In this document: piece after piece, positions 1-10,776 of the stretch
How the letters are laid out: each line of letters begins with the position of its first letter
Numbering within the stretch: the stretch's first letter is position 1
Source of the DNA: Rebecca billardiae RCC1528
Taxonomy: Eukaryota > Protista > Haptophyta
DNA: 64,000 nucleotides
Assembly (NCBI GenBank): GCA_965240325.2
Contig: OZ251236.1
Location: 1,116,001 to 1,180,000 of the forward strand
Direction: 5' to 3'
The notes under the pieces: model-generated
The model's input: the letters and a program-made list of their open reading frames with translations, nothing else
What the model was told of the DNA's origin: nothing
Databases searched by the model: none
Position numbers and translations under genes: made by a program

Positions 1-2606
1 TGCTCCCGCGTCGAGCGCGGCGAGCGCCAGAGCAGCGAGGCGGCGGTGGCGAGCTGCACGGCAGCGAGCAGCAGCTGCACGCCGAGCACCGGCCCCAGCC
101 TCACCTGCACCGTGCAGCAGCGGAGCGCCGTGATCAGGTTGAGCGTGCCGGCGAGCAGCGCGCGGGCCCCAAACACGCGCCACACCGTGCCCAGCAGCCG
201 ATGCAGCTCGCGCGAGCGCGCCGGGCCGAGCAGCACGCCGCCCAAGACGCAGACGGCGTGCACCGAGCACGCGCAGGTGCACAGGTACGTGGCGCCGACG
301 GCGCGCGTGAGCCCCACGTGCGCGCGCGCGGCGGGGCACATGTCGACGAGCGCGGCGCCCGCGGGCGCGGGCCTCAGCTCGGTGAGTACCAGCCCTGGGC
401 GCAGGGTGCCGTATGCCGTCGTCGCCGAGATGGTGAGCAGGGCGAGCGCGAGCGCGAGGATGGGCGGGCGGTGGCGGCGGATCGGGAGCAGCGCGACGCC
501 CGCGCACGCAAAGGCGATGTTGAGCGCGAGCGCGGAGAGCGGGCGCACGAGCCACAGCCACGGCGGCGGCGGCCCCGCCTTGGAGCCCAGGTTGAGCCGC
601 AGCCCGAGCGAGCCGAGCCACAGCGCGTACGCAAGAACAGACAACAGACCGAGCAGCCGGGTCGGCGTGGCGAACGCCGAGTGCGCCGAGTCGATGGCGC
701 ACTCGCAGAGCTGCTCGATGGCGCGCGGGTGGAGCAGCTGCGCGCTGCCGGCCTCGGCGCGCGCCGCGGCCGCCGCGGCCGCCGAGTCGCACCGCGCGGG
801 CTCGCCGCCGCCGGCCGCGTCCGCGGCGGGCGGCCGCGGCGACTTGGCGGAGAGGGTCCGCCCGCTGCCGTCTCCGTTGCAGCTGAGCGCGCCGCCGGGC
901 ACTGGGAGCGCCGTGTGCGCGCCGAGCGCATACGAGTCGCGCGCCGGGCGGTGCGCGGGCGGCGTCGCGCTGTGCGCGAGCCGATCGCGCACCTGCCGCC
1001 GCACGTCCGGGCTGCCGGGCGCGCCGCCGTCGGCCGCCGCGCCCACGCCCTCGCTGCCCGTCGTCGCGAGCACGACCGCGTGGTACGTCTCGCGCAGCAG
1101 CTCGAGCACCGGCTGGGGCGGGAGCGCGTGCTCGGCGCTGAGGAGCAGCAGGTGCGGCACGGGGCGCCCGCCGCCGCGCGCGCCGCGCGCGGTGGGGCGC
1201 ACGCTCACCAGCGCGTCGGGCGAGTGCAGCAGGTGCGCGGTGTGCGGCAGCGCAGCCATCAGCGCGACCACTGCGCGCGCGGCGCGGCGGAGGGCGGCGG
1301 CGACGTGAGCGCGCGCGGGTGCGCTGGCGGGCGGGCGCGCCTGCGCGCGGTGCGGCGCGGTGCGGCGGCGTGCGCTGGCGCGCAGTCGCCCGCGCAGCCG
1401 TGCGGTGCGGCGCGCGCACCGTCGTACGGCTTGACGTAGCCGTTGAGGTGCTGCGCGATGTGCGCGCTCTGGTCGAGGTCCTCGTACGCGCAGACGTCAA
1501 ACTCGGCGCGCTCGACGCCGCAGAAGGTCTCGAAGTACCACTGCTTGGTGCAGCGCGGCGGGAGGCGGCCCTCGCACAGCTTGAGCCACAGCCCCTCCAG
1601 CCCGAGGAACTGCGCGTCCGCCAGGTACCGCATGATCGGGCACTTGAAGCGCAGCGCGAACGAGCGCGCAAGCTGCATCGGCAGCATCGGGATCGCGTGC
1701 CGCGAGACGACCGTCATCGGGATGCCGCGCGAGAAGCAGAAGCGGTACACCGCGTCCGCGGCGGGCGGGTCGTAGCCGCAGTTGACCGAGCTGTCCGCCC
1801 GGTACGCGCCCGGCGCGGACGCGTCCGCCTCCAGCCCGCCCTGCACGCACACGCGCGCCACCTTGGCGCACACGAGCGCCGGCTCGTCGTGGATCACGTC
1901 GGCGAGATCGGTGAAGCCCGAGATGATGACGACGGTGAGCCCGTGGTGCGGCGCGGCGCGGAGGACGCGGCGCAGCAGCGCCGAGCCCTCGTGCAGCCGG
2001 CTGCCGTCCACGCGCTCGAACCCCTCGAGCGCGTACTCGTGCGGCTGAGGCTCGTACGGCCGGCCGGCCGTGCCGACGCCGACCGGCACGTCGGCCGCGC
2101 CGACGTGGTCGAGGATGCAGCGCGCGAGCTTGGCGCGGGCGTGCTGCTGGTGGCCGCCGTTGGCAATCACCGCCGCCGCGTGCACGACGCGCTGCGTGTG
2201 CAGCGTCGAGAGCACCAGCAGCGCCTGCGTGGGGGCAGGGCACGCACGCGGGACGCGCGTCGGGGGCGCGTGAGCCAGCGTCGAGCGCGGCACGGCACAT
2301 GGGATCCAGTCGCGCACGGCATGCGCGCGCCGCGAAGGTGGGCTCGCGGTGGGCTCACCTTGACGTCATCGGGGTCCGGGCCCTGCACAATGCCGCGAGG
2401 GGTCGGCGGCGGCGCGCGGCGCCGCGCGGTGGCGCACGTGAGCCATGCGCGCGGGAACGGCGCGCGCGCGCGCCCGAGCAGAGCGGCAGCCCACGCGGTA
2501 CGGGCGCTCTCGCCGTGTGCGTGCGCCGCACCGGGTCCGTGATCAGCACGATGGACGTGCGTGTGCGCGCGAAGGGTGGCCAGAGCAGGCCGAGCAGGTC
2601 CGCCAT
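1..2606 (-). CDS. XopQ/HopQ1-like nucleoside hydrolase-fold protein with C-terminal multi-pass membrane region (4 exons; 3' end runs off the window)
   Basis: Manual splicing with GT-AG introns: exons 2606-2532, 2382-2359 (24 nt), 2224-1420, 1270-<1. The product reads IVLITDPGPDPDDVKALL...RAKLARCILDHVG...VVIISGFTDLA...VCVQGG...GIPMTVVSRHA...RYLADAQFLGLEGLW...WYFETF...PYDVVALMAAL, followed by several hydrophobic helices. The last exon has no stop before base 1. Confidence 0.8.
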
Positions 2607-3935
2607 CTCCTCGGCCCCCTCGCTGCACCCGGCTCCCTCACAGAACCAGGCCACTTGCTCGGCGTTCCCCGGAAGCCAGTAATTCGCGAAAGTTCGACAT
2701 CATCAATAGTCAGCGGGTAACAGCCTTCTGTTGGAGAACTACTTGGAGTGTTCGGCACCGACAGTCCCAGCAAATATCATAATAGCGTGTGAGTCTTCCG
2801 GAGCCCTGATGAATTATTAGAGGAAGTTGCATGTGCGCCCTAGAGAATCGTGACCAAGTCGTTGCGCTGCTATTGGAACGTCCGCAAGATTCTATAGCAG
2901 GTGGTTCTCGATCGGTGGGAAGGAGGTAGGGAGCCACGGCGATTGGCTGACACGACCGGCGACAGGAGTACCGTATCCATAGGTACCGAATACTCGGATC
3001 AACGAGATCGCGAGATTATTGCCGCTCGCCGCCACGCCATGCTTGCTGCATCATGTCGCCCGCACGTGGATTGCTCGTACTCTGCACAGAGCCGCAACAT
3101 TACATCACTGCGTTACTCCGAGAGGCGGCGGTGCGGGTGCATGCACGGCAGCCCAGCGTGTGCCGCTGTCCATTAGCCGCGGCCGTTTAGTCTGACTCCG
3201 CGCGGCGGCACCCAGTTGGCCGCAAACGTGCGGCTGGCACAGCGGGGCGGAAGTCCTGGGCTTGACGGCCTCGCCGGGTCGTCACAGTGGACACCATGTC
3301 ACCGTGGGGTGCGGTCCGACGGGCGGCCGCGGCACCGGGCCGACTGACTGGACCGCGGCGGCCACCCGCAGCTGACTCGAACCGCGGCGCCGCCGACGCG
3401 ACCGCTTGGCGCCCGAGGGCGCGCCACGGCCTCACACTGACACAGTGTGCCCCGAGTCAGCGGGCGCCCGCGCTCAGGCTATGAACAGAGAGTCGCCGCG
3501 CTGGTCCGAGTCCGGGCCGACGTTGCTGATCCCTGGGGCGGAGAGGATGCATATATGTGTACACCGCTGATTGGCTGACCGGAATTTCTTCTGTCTTCTG
3601 ACCCGCGGGCTCGCGGACGTGCCGGACGTTCTCAGACTCCGACGCGGGCCGACGAGTACTACTCAGAGTAACCGCGAGTGGGGCCGAGTCCGCCGAGTGG
3701 CCCGCGAGTCCCCGCGACATCTGCCATCCGGACATATGGTCATGGTCATGTGCAGCTGTGGCAGCAGCAGCATATATATATATATCTAAATGATCGAACC
3801 GTCCGACGGCACTCTCTCACGGGACGGATGAGTCGGCTCCAGCGTCGACCGGTGCTGCCACTGACCCGGCGTCTCATCATTGGCAGGGCCGGAGCCCGAC
3901 CAGCAGCGCCACCGGCGCCGGGGTGCCACCGGGGC

Positions 3936-6900
3936 TCACTCCGACAGCCGCGGCACCCTCGGCTGCGGGCTCCCCACTGGACCACGTGCGGAACCGTTGT
4001 CTCGGCCCGCGGCCGGCGGCCCGTCGATGCGAGGCCACTCGACGGCGTTGCCGTCCTTGTCCCAGAACAGCCGGCGCTCGACCGCGGACGCGCGCAGGTG
4101 CATCAGGATGCTCGCTGGGCGGCCGCCCACCCACTTGAACGACGCGGAGAAGTCGACCCAGCGGTACGAGTCCCACGTCAGGTGGCGCATCACGCCGCGC
4201 AGCCGCGAGGTGACCGCGCCGCCCGCGCCGTGCCGGTCGAGCACGAGCGCGTGCGGGTCGCCGCCTGCGCCGTCGACGCTCAGACGCGGCGGGCTCGCCG
4301 GGAACAGCGGCTCCCCCTTGTGCGTGTGCATCACGTGCTCGCGCAGGATCTTGCGGTCGTGCGGGTGCACAAACTCGCCTGCGAAGAGCCGGGGCCGGCG
4401 CGCGCGCGCGCGGAGAGGGCGAGGCGGCGCGCGAGCGAGCGTGAGCGCGGGGAGAGACCCCCCCCCCCGGCGGAGGCGGCGCGCGCGGCAGCCCTGCCCG
4501 CCCGCCCTCTCTCGCCCTCGCGCGCGCACGCGCGCGCACCCGACGCCGCGCCGATGTGCTCCCAGGGCTCGAAGCCGAAGAGCGCGGTGCTCTGCGCGGA
4601 CACGTGCACGATGTAGCCGTGAGCGTCCACGTGCTTGAAGCAGTCGGACGACTCGTCGCACAGCTGGCGGAAGTGCGACTCTGCGCGCTCGGGCAGCTTG
4701 GGCGCGGTCACGGCCGCGAGCAGGGTGAGCCGGCGCTGCAGCGGCGAGTAGTACAGCACACCGTGCATCTCGACTGTCGGCAGCACGCCGGGCAGCCCGG
4801 CACGCAGCCGCAGCGCGCCGCAGTCCGCCACCAGCCTCGACTCTGGGTGAGCAAGCTCGTTGGGCGCGAGCGCGTCCGCGCCGGACTCGAGCCGTCGCAG
4901 CGTCGCGTACGGCCGCGCCTTGTTCGCCAGCCGGCGCATCGCGTCGACCACCGCGCCGACCGACTCGGGCGCGAGCACGTGGCTCGCCGCGAGGAAGCTG
5001 CTCCCCTCCACCTGGTCGGCGATCGAGCTGCCGAGCGCGGAGTCCACCGCGCGAGAGCACCACGCCACGCGCAGCTGCAGCGCCTCCGCGCCGCCCGGGC
5101 TCTCGGCGACGGCGGCGAGCTGGTCCGGGTGCACGTCGGCGAGGGTGAGCGCGAGCGACGGCGCGCCCGGCAGGCAGTGGAAGCCGTGCAGCCAGTGCGG
5201 CAGCGTGCGGCTCGCGCACACCAGCCGGTGCACTCCGAGCGAGAACTGGGGTGGCGGCGGCTCGGCGGCGCGACCGCCCGAGCCCGCGCCTGGCTGCGCC
5301 GCCGGCTCGGCGCGCGCGCTCTGGTTGTGCTGCGGGCTGGGCTGCGCGCCCGCGCTCGCGCTCGGCGGCACGAGCGGCAGCGGCGGCGGCATCGCCGGCA
5401 CCTCCGCCGAGTGCAGCGGCGAGTGCGGCGACGCGTGCGGCGTGCCCTCCTCCTCCGCCTCCGCCGCCTCCGCCGCGCGGATGCGCTTCGAGAGCACGCG
5501 CACACCCTCTGACAGCCAGAGCTCAATCGGCGCCGGAGGGTCGTCGCCGTTGGGCGCGTCGGGCACCACCTCGACGAGCAGGTGGAAGAGCGCGCCCGCG
5601 CTCTTGAACGAGGTCTGCTGGAACATGATCGAGCGGAACGTGTGGATCCGGCTCCCGTCCGCCACAGGCAGCCGCGCGCTCGAGTGGCCGCGCACGTCCG
5701 CGTCCGCGACCATCGGCGGGTCGCCGCTCACCGTCACGATGCGCAGCCGCAGCTCGCCCGCGGAGGGCGCGTCGGGCCCGAGCTCGACCTCGATCTCGGG
5801 CAGCCGCCACGTCTTGAACCAGAACGCGCCGCCGTGCGTGCCGTGGTCCTTCAGGAACGGCCGCGAGAGCGAGACGCGCAGCACGGGCCGGCGCGCGCGC
5901 GGCGGCGCTGGCAGCAGGTGCGCCGTCGGGTCGATGTAGCGCCGCTCCCACTTGACGATGTGCTCGCCGTGCGGCGCGAAGGCCTGCGAGCCGCGCACGC
6001 CGGGCAGCGCGCCCGCCGACGCGCTGCCACCGCCCACGCGCCGCTGCCGCGACGCGTGCGCCGGCTCCTCGGCCACGCCGCTCGGCGCGCGCCTCTTGTG
6101 CGAGCCCTGCGCGTCCGCGCTCGCGCCGGCGTGAGCGCTGCCCAGCTCAACGCCGCCGCCGCCGCCGCCGCCGTGCGGGCTGGTCCCGGGCATGCCGGGC
6201 GCGTCGTGCGGCTCGCGCGGCGAGATGGGCACCATCAGCTTCGTCTGCGGCGCGAGCTGCCGCTCGCGCGCGATCAGCTCGAGCATCGCCCGGTTGTCCA
6301 TCCAGCTGGCGCCCGGAGGCCAGCCGGGCAGCGAGGGCATGCCGCCCGTTGGCGCGCCGCCCAGGCCGGCGCAGCCCATTGGCGGCATCCCGCCCATCCC
6401 GGGGCCGACGGGCCCCGCGCCACCCATCCCGGGCATCCCAGGGCGCATGCCACCGAAGCCGGGAAGGCCGCCGAGCCCGCCGAGCCCGCCGCCCAGCGAG
6501 GGAGGCATCGCGCCGCCCCTGCCCCCGCCCCCGCGCCCACCGCCGCCCCCGCCGCCCATGCCCGGCATGATGGGCATACCCCCACGGCCCATGCCGGGCA
6601 TGCCGGGCATGCCGGGCACGCCGGGCATGCCGGGCATGCCGGGCATGCCGGGCATGCCGGGCATGCCGCCCGCGCCGGGCATGCCGCCCGCGCCCATGCC
6701 TCCCATGCCGCCCCGGCCGCCCATGCCGCCCATGCCGCCCATGTTGCCGCAAGCGCCGCCTGCGGGGCCCATGCCCGGCATTTGCGGCACGCCGGGTTGG
6801 TTGGGTATGCTCGGCACGGCGGGCGCACCCCCGACGCCGCCAGGCCCGGGCATTGCCCCCAGGAGCGCGGTGTTTGTGCCGTACAGCGCGGCCATCGGCG

Positions 6901-7033
6901 GGAGCCTCGAGCCGATCACCTGCGCCTGCATGGACGGAGGCCGCGAGGCGCCCGAGGAGAGGAGGTGCTCGACAAGCGTGTCCAGGTCGAGCGCCGCCTG
7001 ACGCGCGTCGTCAACGCTGTGCAGCCCGTCCAT
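3936..7033 (-). CDS. Putative transcription factor: G/M/P-rich N-terminus, probable beta-sandwich DNA-binding-like domain, C-terminal PAS domain (2 exons)
   Basis: ATG at 7033 (MDGLHS); intron 4539-4379. The splice restores the PAS signature FGFEPWEHIGAASGEFVHPHDR. The central motif is FRSIMFQQTSFKSAGALFHLLVEV...SEGVRVLSKR. A (PGM)n 9-bp repeat lies at ~6590-6665. Confidence 0.7.
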
Positions 7034-7247
7034 TCCCGTCCGGCGACGCCGCTCCACCGGGCGGGCTCGCCGATCGCCGACCCTGGACAGCCAGCCGGGC
7101 GCCCTTGCGGCTTGCTCGGCTTGTGAAATGTATGAGTGGACGGGTGCTTTCCGGCGTTGACCAATGACCAACGAGGACGACGTCGCTGCGCGCGCGCGGA
7201 CCCAGGGACGGTCGGGAGCCGCTGGATCGGGGTGGCGGACGAGCGAA

Positions 7248-8111
7248 ATGCCGTCGCCCTCGTCGGCCGCCACGGCCGCGATCTCGGCCGACGCGCGGGC
7301 GTTCGCGCTCGTGGCCACGTTCGTGCTCGGCCTGGTGCTCGCCGCGCTCGTGCTCCGGCGCGTCAGGCAACCGCCCACGCTCTACGTGCACCCGGTCAGC
7401 GCGCCCGCGCGCGCGTGCGCCTCGCTCGTGCGCGCGGCGGGCATCTCCGCGACCGCGCTCGAGCTCAAGCCTATCGCGCTCGAGCGCGGCGAGCACAAGT
7501 CGCCCGAGTTCAAGGCGATCAACGCGAACGGCTCGGTCCCCGCGCTCCAGGACGGCGAGCTGCGCATCGGCGAGAGCCACGCCATCATGCGCTACATGTG
7601 CACGCGCTTTGCGCTGAGCGACCACTGGTACCCTTCCGATCCGCAGGCGCGCGCGCGCGTGGACGAGTACCTGGACTGGCACCACACGCACTCGCGCAAG
7701 GGCGTGCCGTACTTCTTCCACAAGTACATCATCGCCAAGTTCTTCGACGGCGCGCCCGACCGCCTCCGCATGGACGAGGGCAAGAAGGCGTACCTCTCGG
7801 CACTGCGCCACCTCGACGCGCACAACCTCGCGCGCACCGCGTTCGTCGCCGCCGACTTCATCACGATCGCCGACCTGGCGTGCTACGCGGAGGTGGGCCC
7901 GATGCAGTGGGACAAGGAGCTGCGCGACCAGATCCGCGTGCTGCCCAACGTCTCGCGCTGGATGTCCGTCATGCGCCTGCAGCCGTGGCACGACGACGTC
8001 CACGGCAGCGTGAGGCGAGTCGTCGAGGACGCGAGCGCCAAGGGCGACGCGGCGGCCGCCGCCGAGGCCGCCGCCGCGGCGGGCGCCGTGGAGGCCGCGC
8101 CCAAGCCGTGA
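7248..8111 (+). CDS. Glutathione S-transferase (theta-like) with N-terminal hydrophobic anchor
   Basis: Motifs LYVHPVSAPARA, GEHKSPEFKAINANGSVPALQDG, ESHAIMRY, WYPSDPQARARVDEYLDW, ITIADL. The start could instead be 7164. Confidence 0.9.
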   Translation: MPSPSSAATAAISADARAFALVATFVLGLVLAALVLRRVRQPPTLYVHPVSAPARACASLVRAAGISATALELKPIALERGEHKSPEFKAINANGSVPALQDGELRIGESHAIMRYMCTRFALSDHWYPSDPQARARVDEYLDWHHTHSRKGVPYFFHKYIIAKFFDGAPDRLRMDEGKKAYLSALRHLDAHNLARTAFVAADFITIADLACYAEVGPMQWDKELRDQIRVLPNVSRWMSVMRLQPWHDDVHGSVRRVVEDASAKGDAAAAAEAAAAAGAVEAAPKP

Positions 8112-8898
8112 GCGCGGCCGCGCGCAACGCCGGGCCGCGCGGCTCACTGGGGCACGCCCGCGCGTGCGTGTCTGCGCCCTGTCTCAGCGCAGCAGCCCGC
8201 CGCGCGCCGCTCCGAGACCAGGCCGAGGCCGCGGCCGAACCGCCCCGCGCGGCACCCCGCATACGCCCTGGCCTGTGCGGCCGGCAGGGTCCGCCCGCCC
8301 TGGCAGGCGACGACAAGGCTTCGGTGGGCCGCAAGGCAGCCTCCACATCGGCGTCAGCGGCACAATCACTCAGCTGCGAGCATTCACCTTCACCGCGCCG
8401 CTGCTGCGGGGCACACGCCACACGGCAGCTCGAGGTCTTACAGTTACACACGAGAGTCCGCCCGACACCGCCGCGCCGCGCGGTCGGCGGTTGCGACCTG
8501 CGAAAGCGGGTTGGGCCCCGGGGTCCGGGACCGGCGGGTCACGGTGCAGGTGGCAGCCTTCAGCAGGCAGGCGGTGCGCCGCCGCCGGGGCAACTCAAGT
8601 CACCAGCGGCATCGACTCGATCACTCCGCGCCAGAGTCGTCACCAGTGGCACGATGACGATGTCACGTCGTCGAACTCGATCACGATGCCGAGCCGCCCG
8701 AGCCCGATGCCGATGGCGATGGGCAATGCCTCGATATGGCCTCGATAGGGTGCTGATCCGAGGTCATCGTGAGCCTGGCTCCTAAGACGATACTGATGAA
8801 TATATGACGATGCATGCGCACGGAGCTTGCCTCATCAGCATATATTGATGGCGCATCTATCAAATCCGCCTGCGTGCTGCTTGGCACGTGTGCCCATG

Positions 8899-9537
8899 TC
8901 ACGTCCCCAGCTGTCGTGGTCGTTGCACGACGTTGAGCGCGCGATCCCCAAACGCCATGCCGTGCAGCCGATCTGCGGCTGCTGCTGCCGTCGGCGCGTC
9001 CACGTACTCGACGAGCACCACGTGGGAGTCGCGGGGGGAGCCGTCGGCGGAGGGCGTCGAGTCGGGGCGCATCTCTAGCGCGACCACCTTGCCAAAATGC
9101 GCCAGGAGCGCGCGGACGCGCTCGCTGCCCAGGTCGCTCGGCACGTCGCGTATTTCTAAGATGGCGCGCGAGCTCGAGTCACCGACTGTGTGCATGGCAC
9201 CGCGCTCGACCTGGGCGATCGCATCGTTCGCCTTTGCGAGCAGCGTCTCGAGCTGCGCGACGCGGCGCTGCGCCGCATCAGCGCGCGCGCGCGCAGCGAT
9301 GAGCTCGCGCATGGTGTGCTTGGACGCGCGCTCCGCCTCGTCAGCGCGCGCGTTGGCCCCTGCCATCGCAGCCTCGAGCGTGACGCGCTTCGCCTCTGAA
9401 TCCGCGCATCGGCGCACGAGCAGCTCGTTGGCCTCGCGCGTCTCCGCCGCTGCCGCCTCACGCTGCGCCGAGAGCGACTCGTCGACTCGTGCGAGCAAGC
9501 CGGCGAGCGCACGCTCCGTGACGTCCGGCGCGCTCAT
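8899..9537 (-). CDS. Coiled-coil plus RRM-domain protein
   Basis: MSAPDVTE start and a helical A/E/R-rich region, then LEIRDVPSDL...LLAHFGKV...VLVEYVD..AAAAADRLHGMAFGDRALNV (RRM pattern). Confidence 0.75.
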   Translation of the reverse strand: MSAPDVTERALAGLLARVDESLSAQREAAAAETREANELLVRRCADSEAKRVTLEAAMAGANARADEAERASKHTMRELIAARARADAAQRRVAQLETLLAKANDAIAQVERGAMHTVGDSSSRAILEIRDVPSDLGSERVRALLAHFGKVVALEMRPDSTPSADGSPRDSHVVLVEYVDAPTAAAAADRLHGMAFGDRALNVVQRPRQLGT

Positions 9538-9692
9538 GGCGGTGCCGGCCGGCTGGCCCAGCAAGGGGAGGCTGTTCTTGATGCTGGCTGGGCAGCGGTT
9601 TGAATCTCGAGCGGCAAGACGAGCAGTCACCGCTCGCAGAGTGAGTTCAAGCGCCGCGCACTTTTGCGCATGGCCGCCGTTGCCGCGCGGCA

Positions 9693-10741
9693 ATGGCAGC
9701 GGCATGGTCGCACCTCGAGGACTTCCTGCGCGGCGAGAACCTGCGCCCAGAGGACGTGAACGCCGCGCTGCAGGACGCGATCTCCGCCTCGCACGAGTCG
9801 CGCACGGCGCGCTCGCGCGGCATGAGCGTCTCGGTCTCGCGCGAGTCGTCGCGTGTCCAGTCTGAGCTCTCCTCGCCCGCCTTCTCGTCGTCGAGGCACG
9901 CCTCGTGCCCGGCGGGCGGGCTCGCGAGCGCGAGCGGGTCGCACCTCCGCGCACGGAGCACCTCGGCCGGCTCCGCCTCGGCGGCCGACTCGTGCTCCCG
10001 GCTGTACTCGCACGCGACGGCCACGTCGCGTGCGCGCGCTGCGACGCGCCCGGCCGCGTCAGCGGTGGCGGCGCTCTCGTCCGGTGCGGGCGCAGGCCCA
10101 GGCGCCGGCAGTGGAGCATCGGCGCGCGTGGCGGCGGACCCGTCAGCGTTGGCGCCGCTCGACTGCCGCTCCATCGACGCCGCTTCGTCGTGCGAGGGCG
10201 CAGAGCGTTGGCCACTGCGCGCGGCGACTGGCCCGTCGGAGCCGGCGCGCAACTCGGCGCTGCCGTCGGGCCGGCCGTCGGGCCGGCCGTCGTGCGACTC
10301 TCTCTCGCCGCTGCGTGCGGCGAGCGCGCACGAGCCGCACGCGCCGCCGCACGCGCACGGGCCCACCGGCCTCCCCCGGCACCACAGCGACTGCGCGTGC
10401 GGCCGCTCCCGCGCGGCCTCGTGCTCAGGCGGCGGGCTGTGTGCGCGCGGCGCGAGTGCGCGCGCGAGCTGGGCGTGTGGCGGCGGCGGCGGCTTCGGGG
10501 AGGCGGATGCGGGGCGCGGGTGGGCGTGCGACGCGCCCAGCGACGCGTCCCGTGGCGCGCCCTCGCCGCAGCGGCCGCGCGCGGCCACTGCGCCGTGCGC
10601 GTGCGGCGCGCCCGACAGCGAGCTCAGCGCTGCGGCGCGCGATGGCACACATGGGCACGGCGGCGCCGCCAGCCCTCGCGGCGGCAGCCAGCACGGCCGC
10701 AGCCCGCTGCGCGCCGGGGTGCTGCCCGCGCCCGGCCCAAG

Positions 10742-10776
<35 letters not shown>

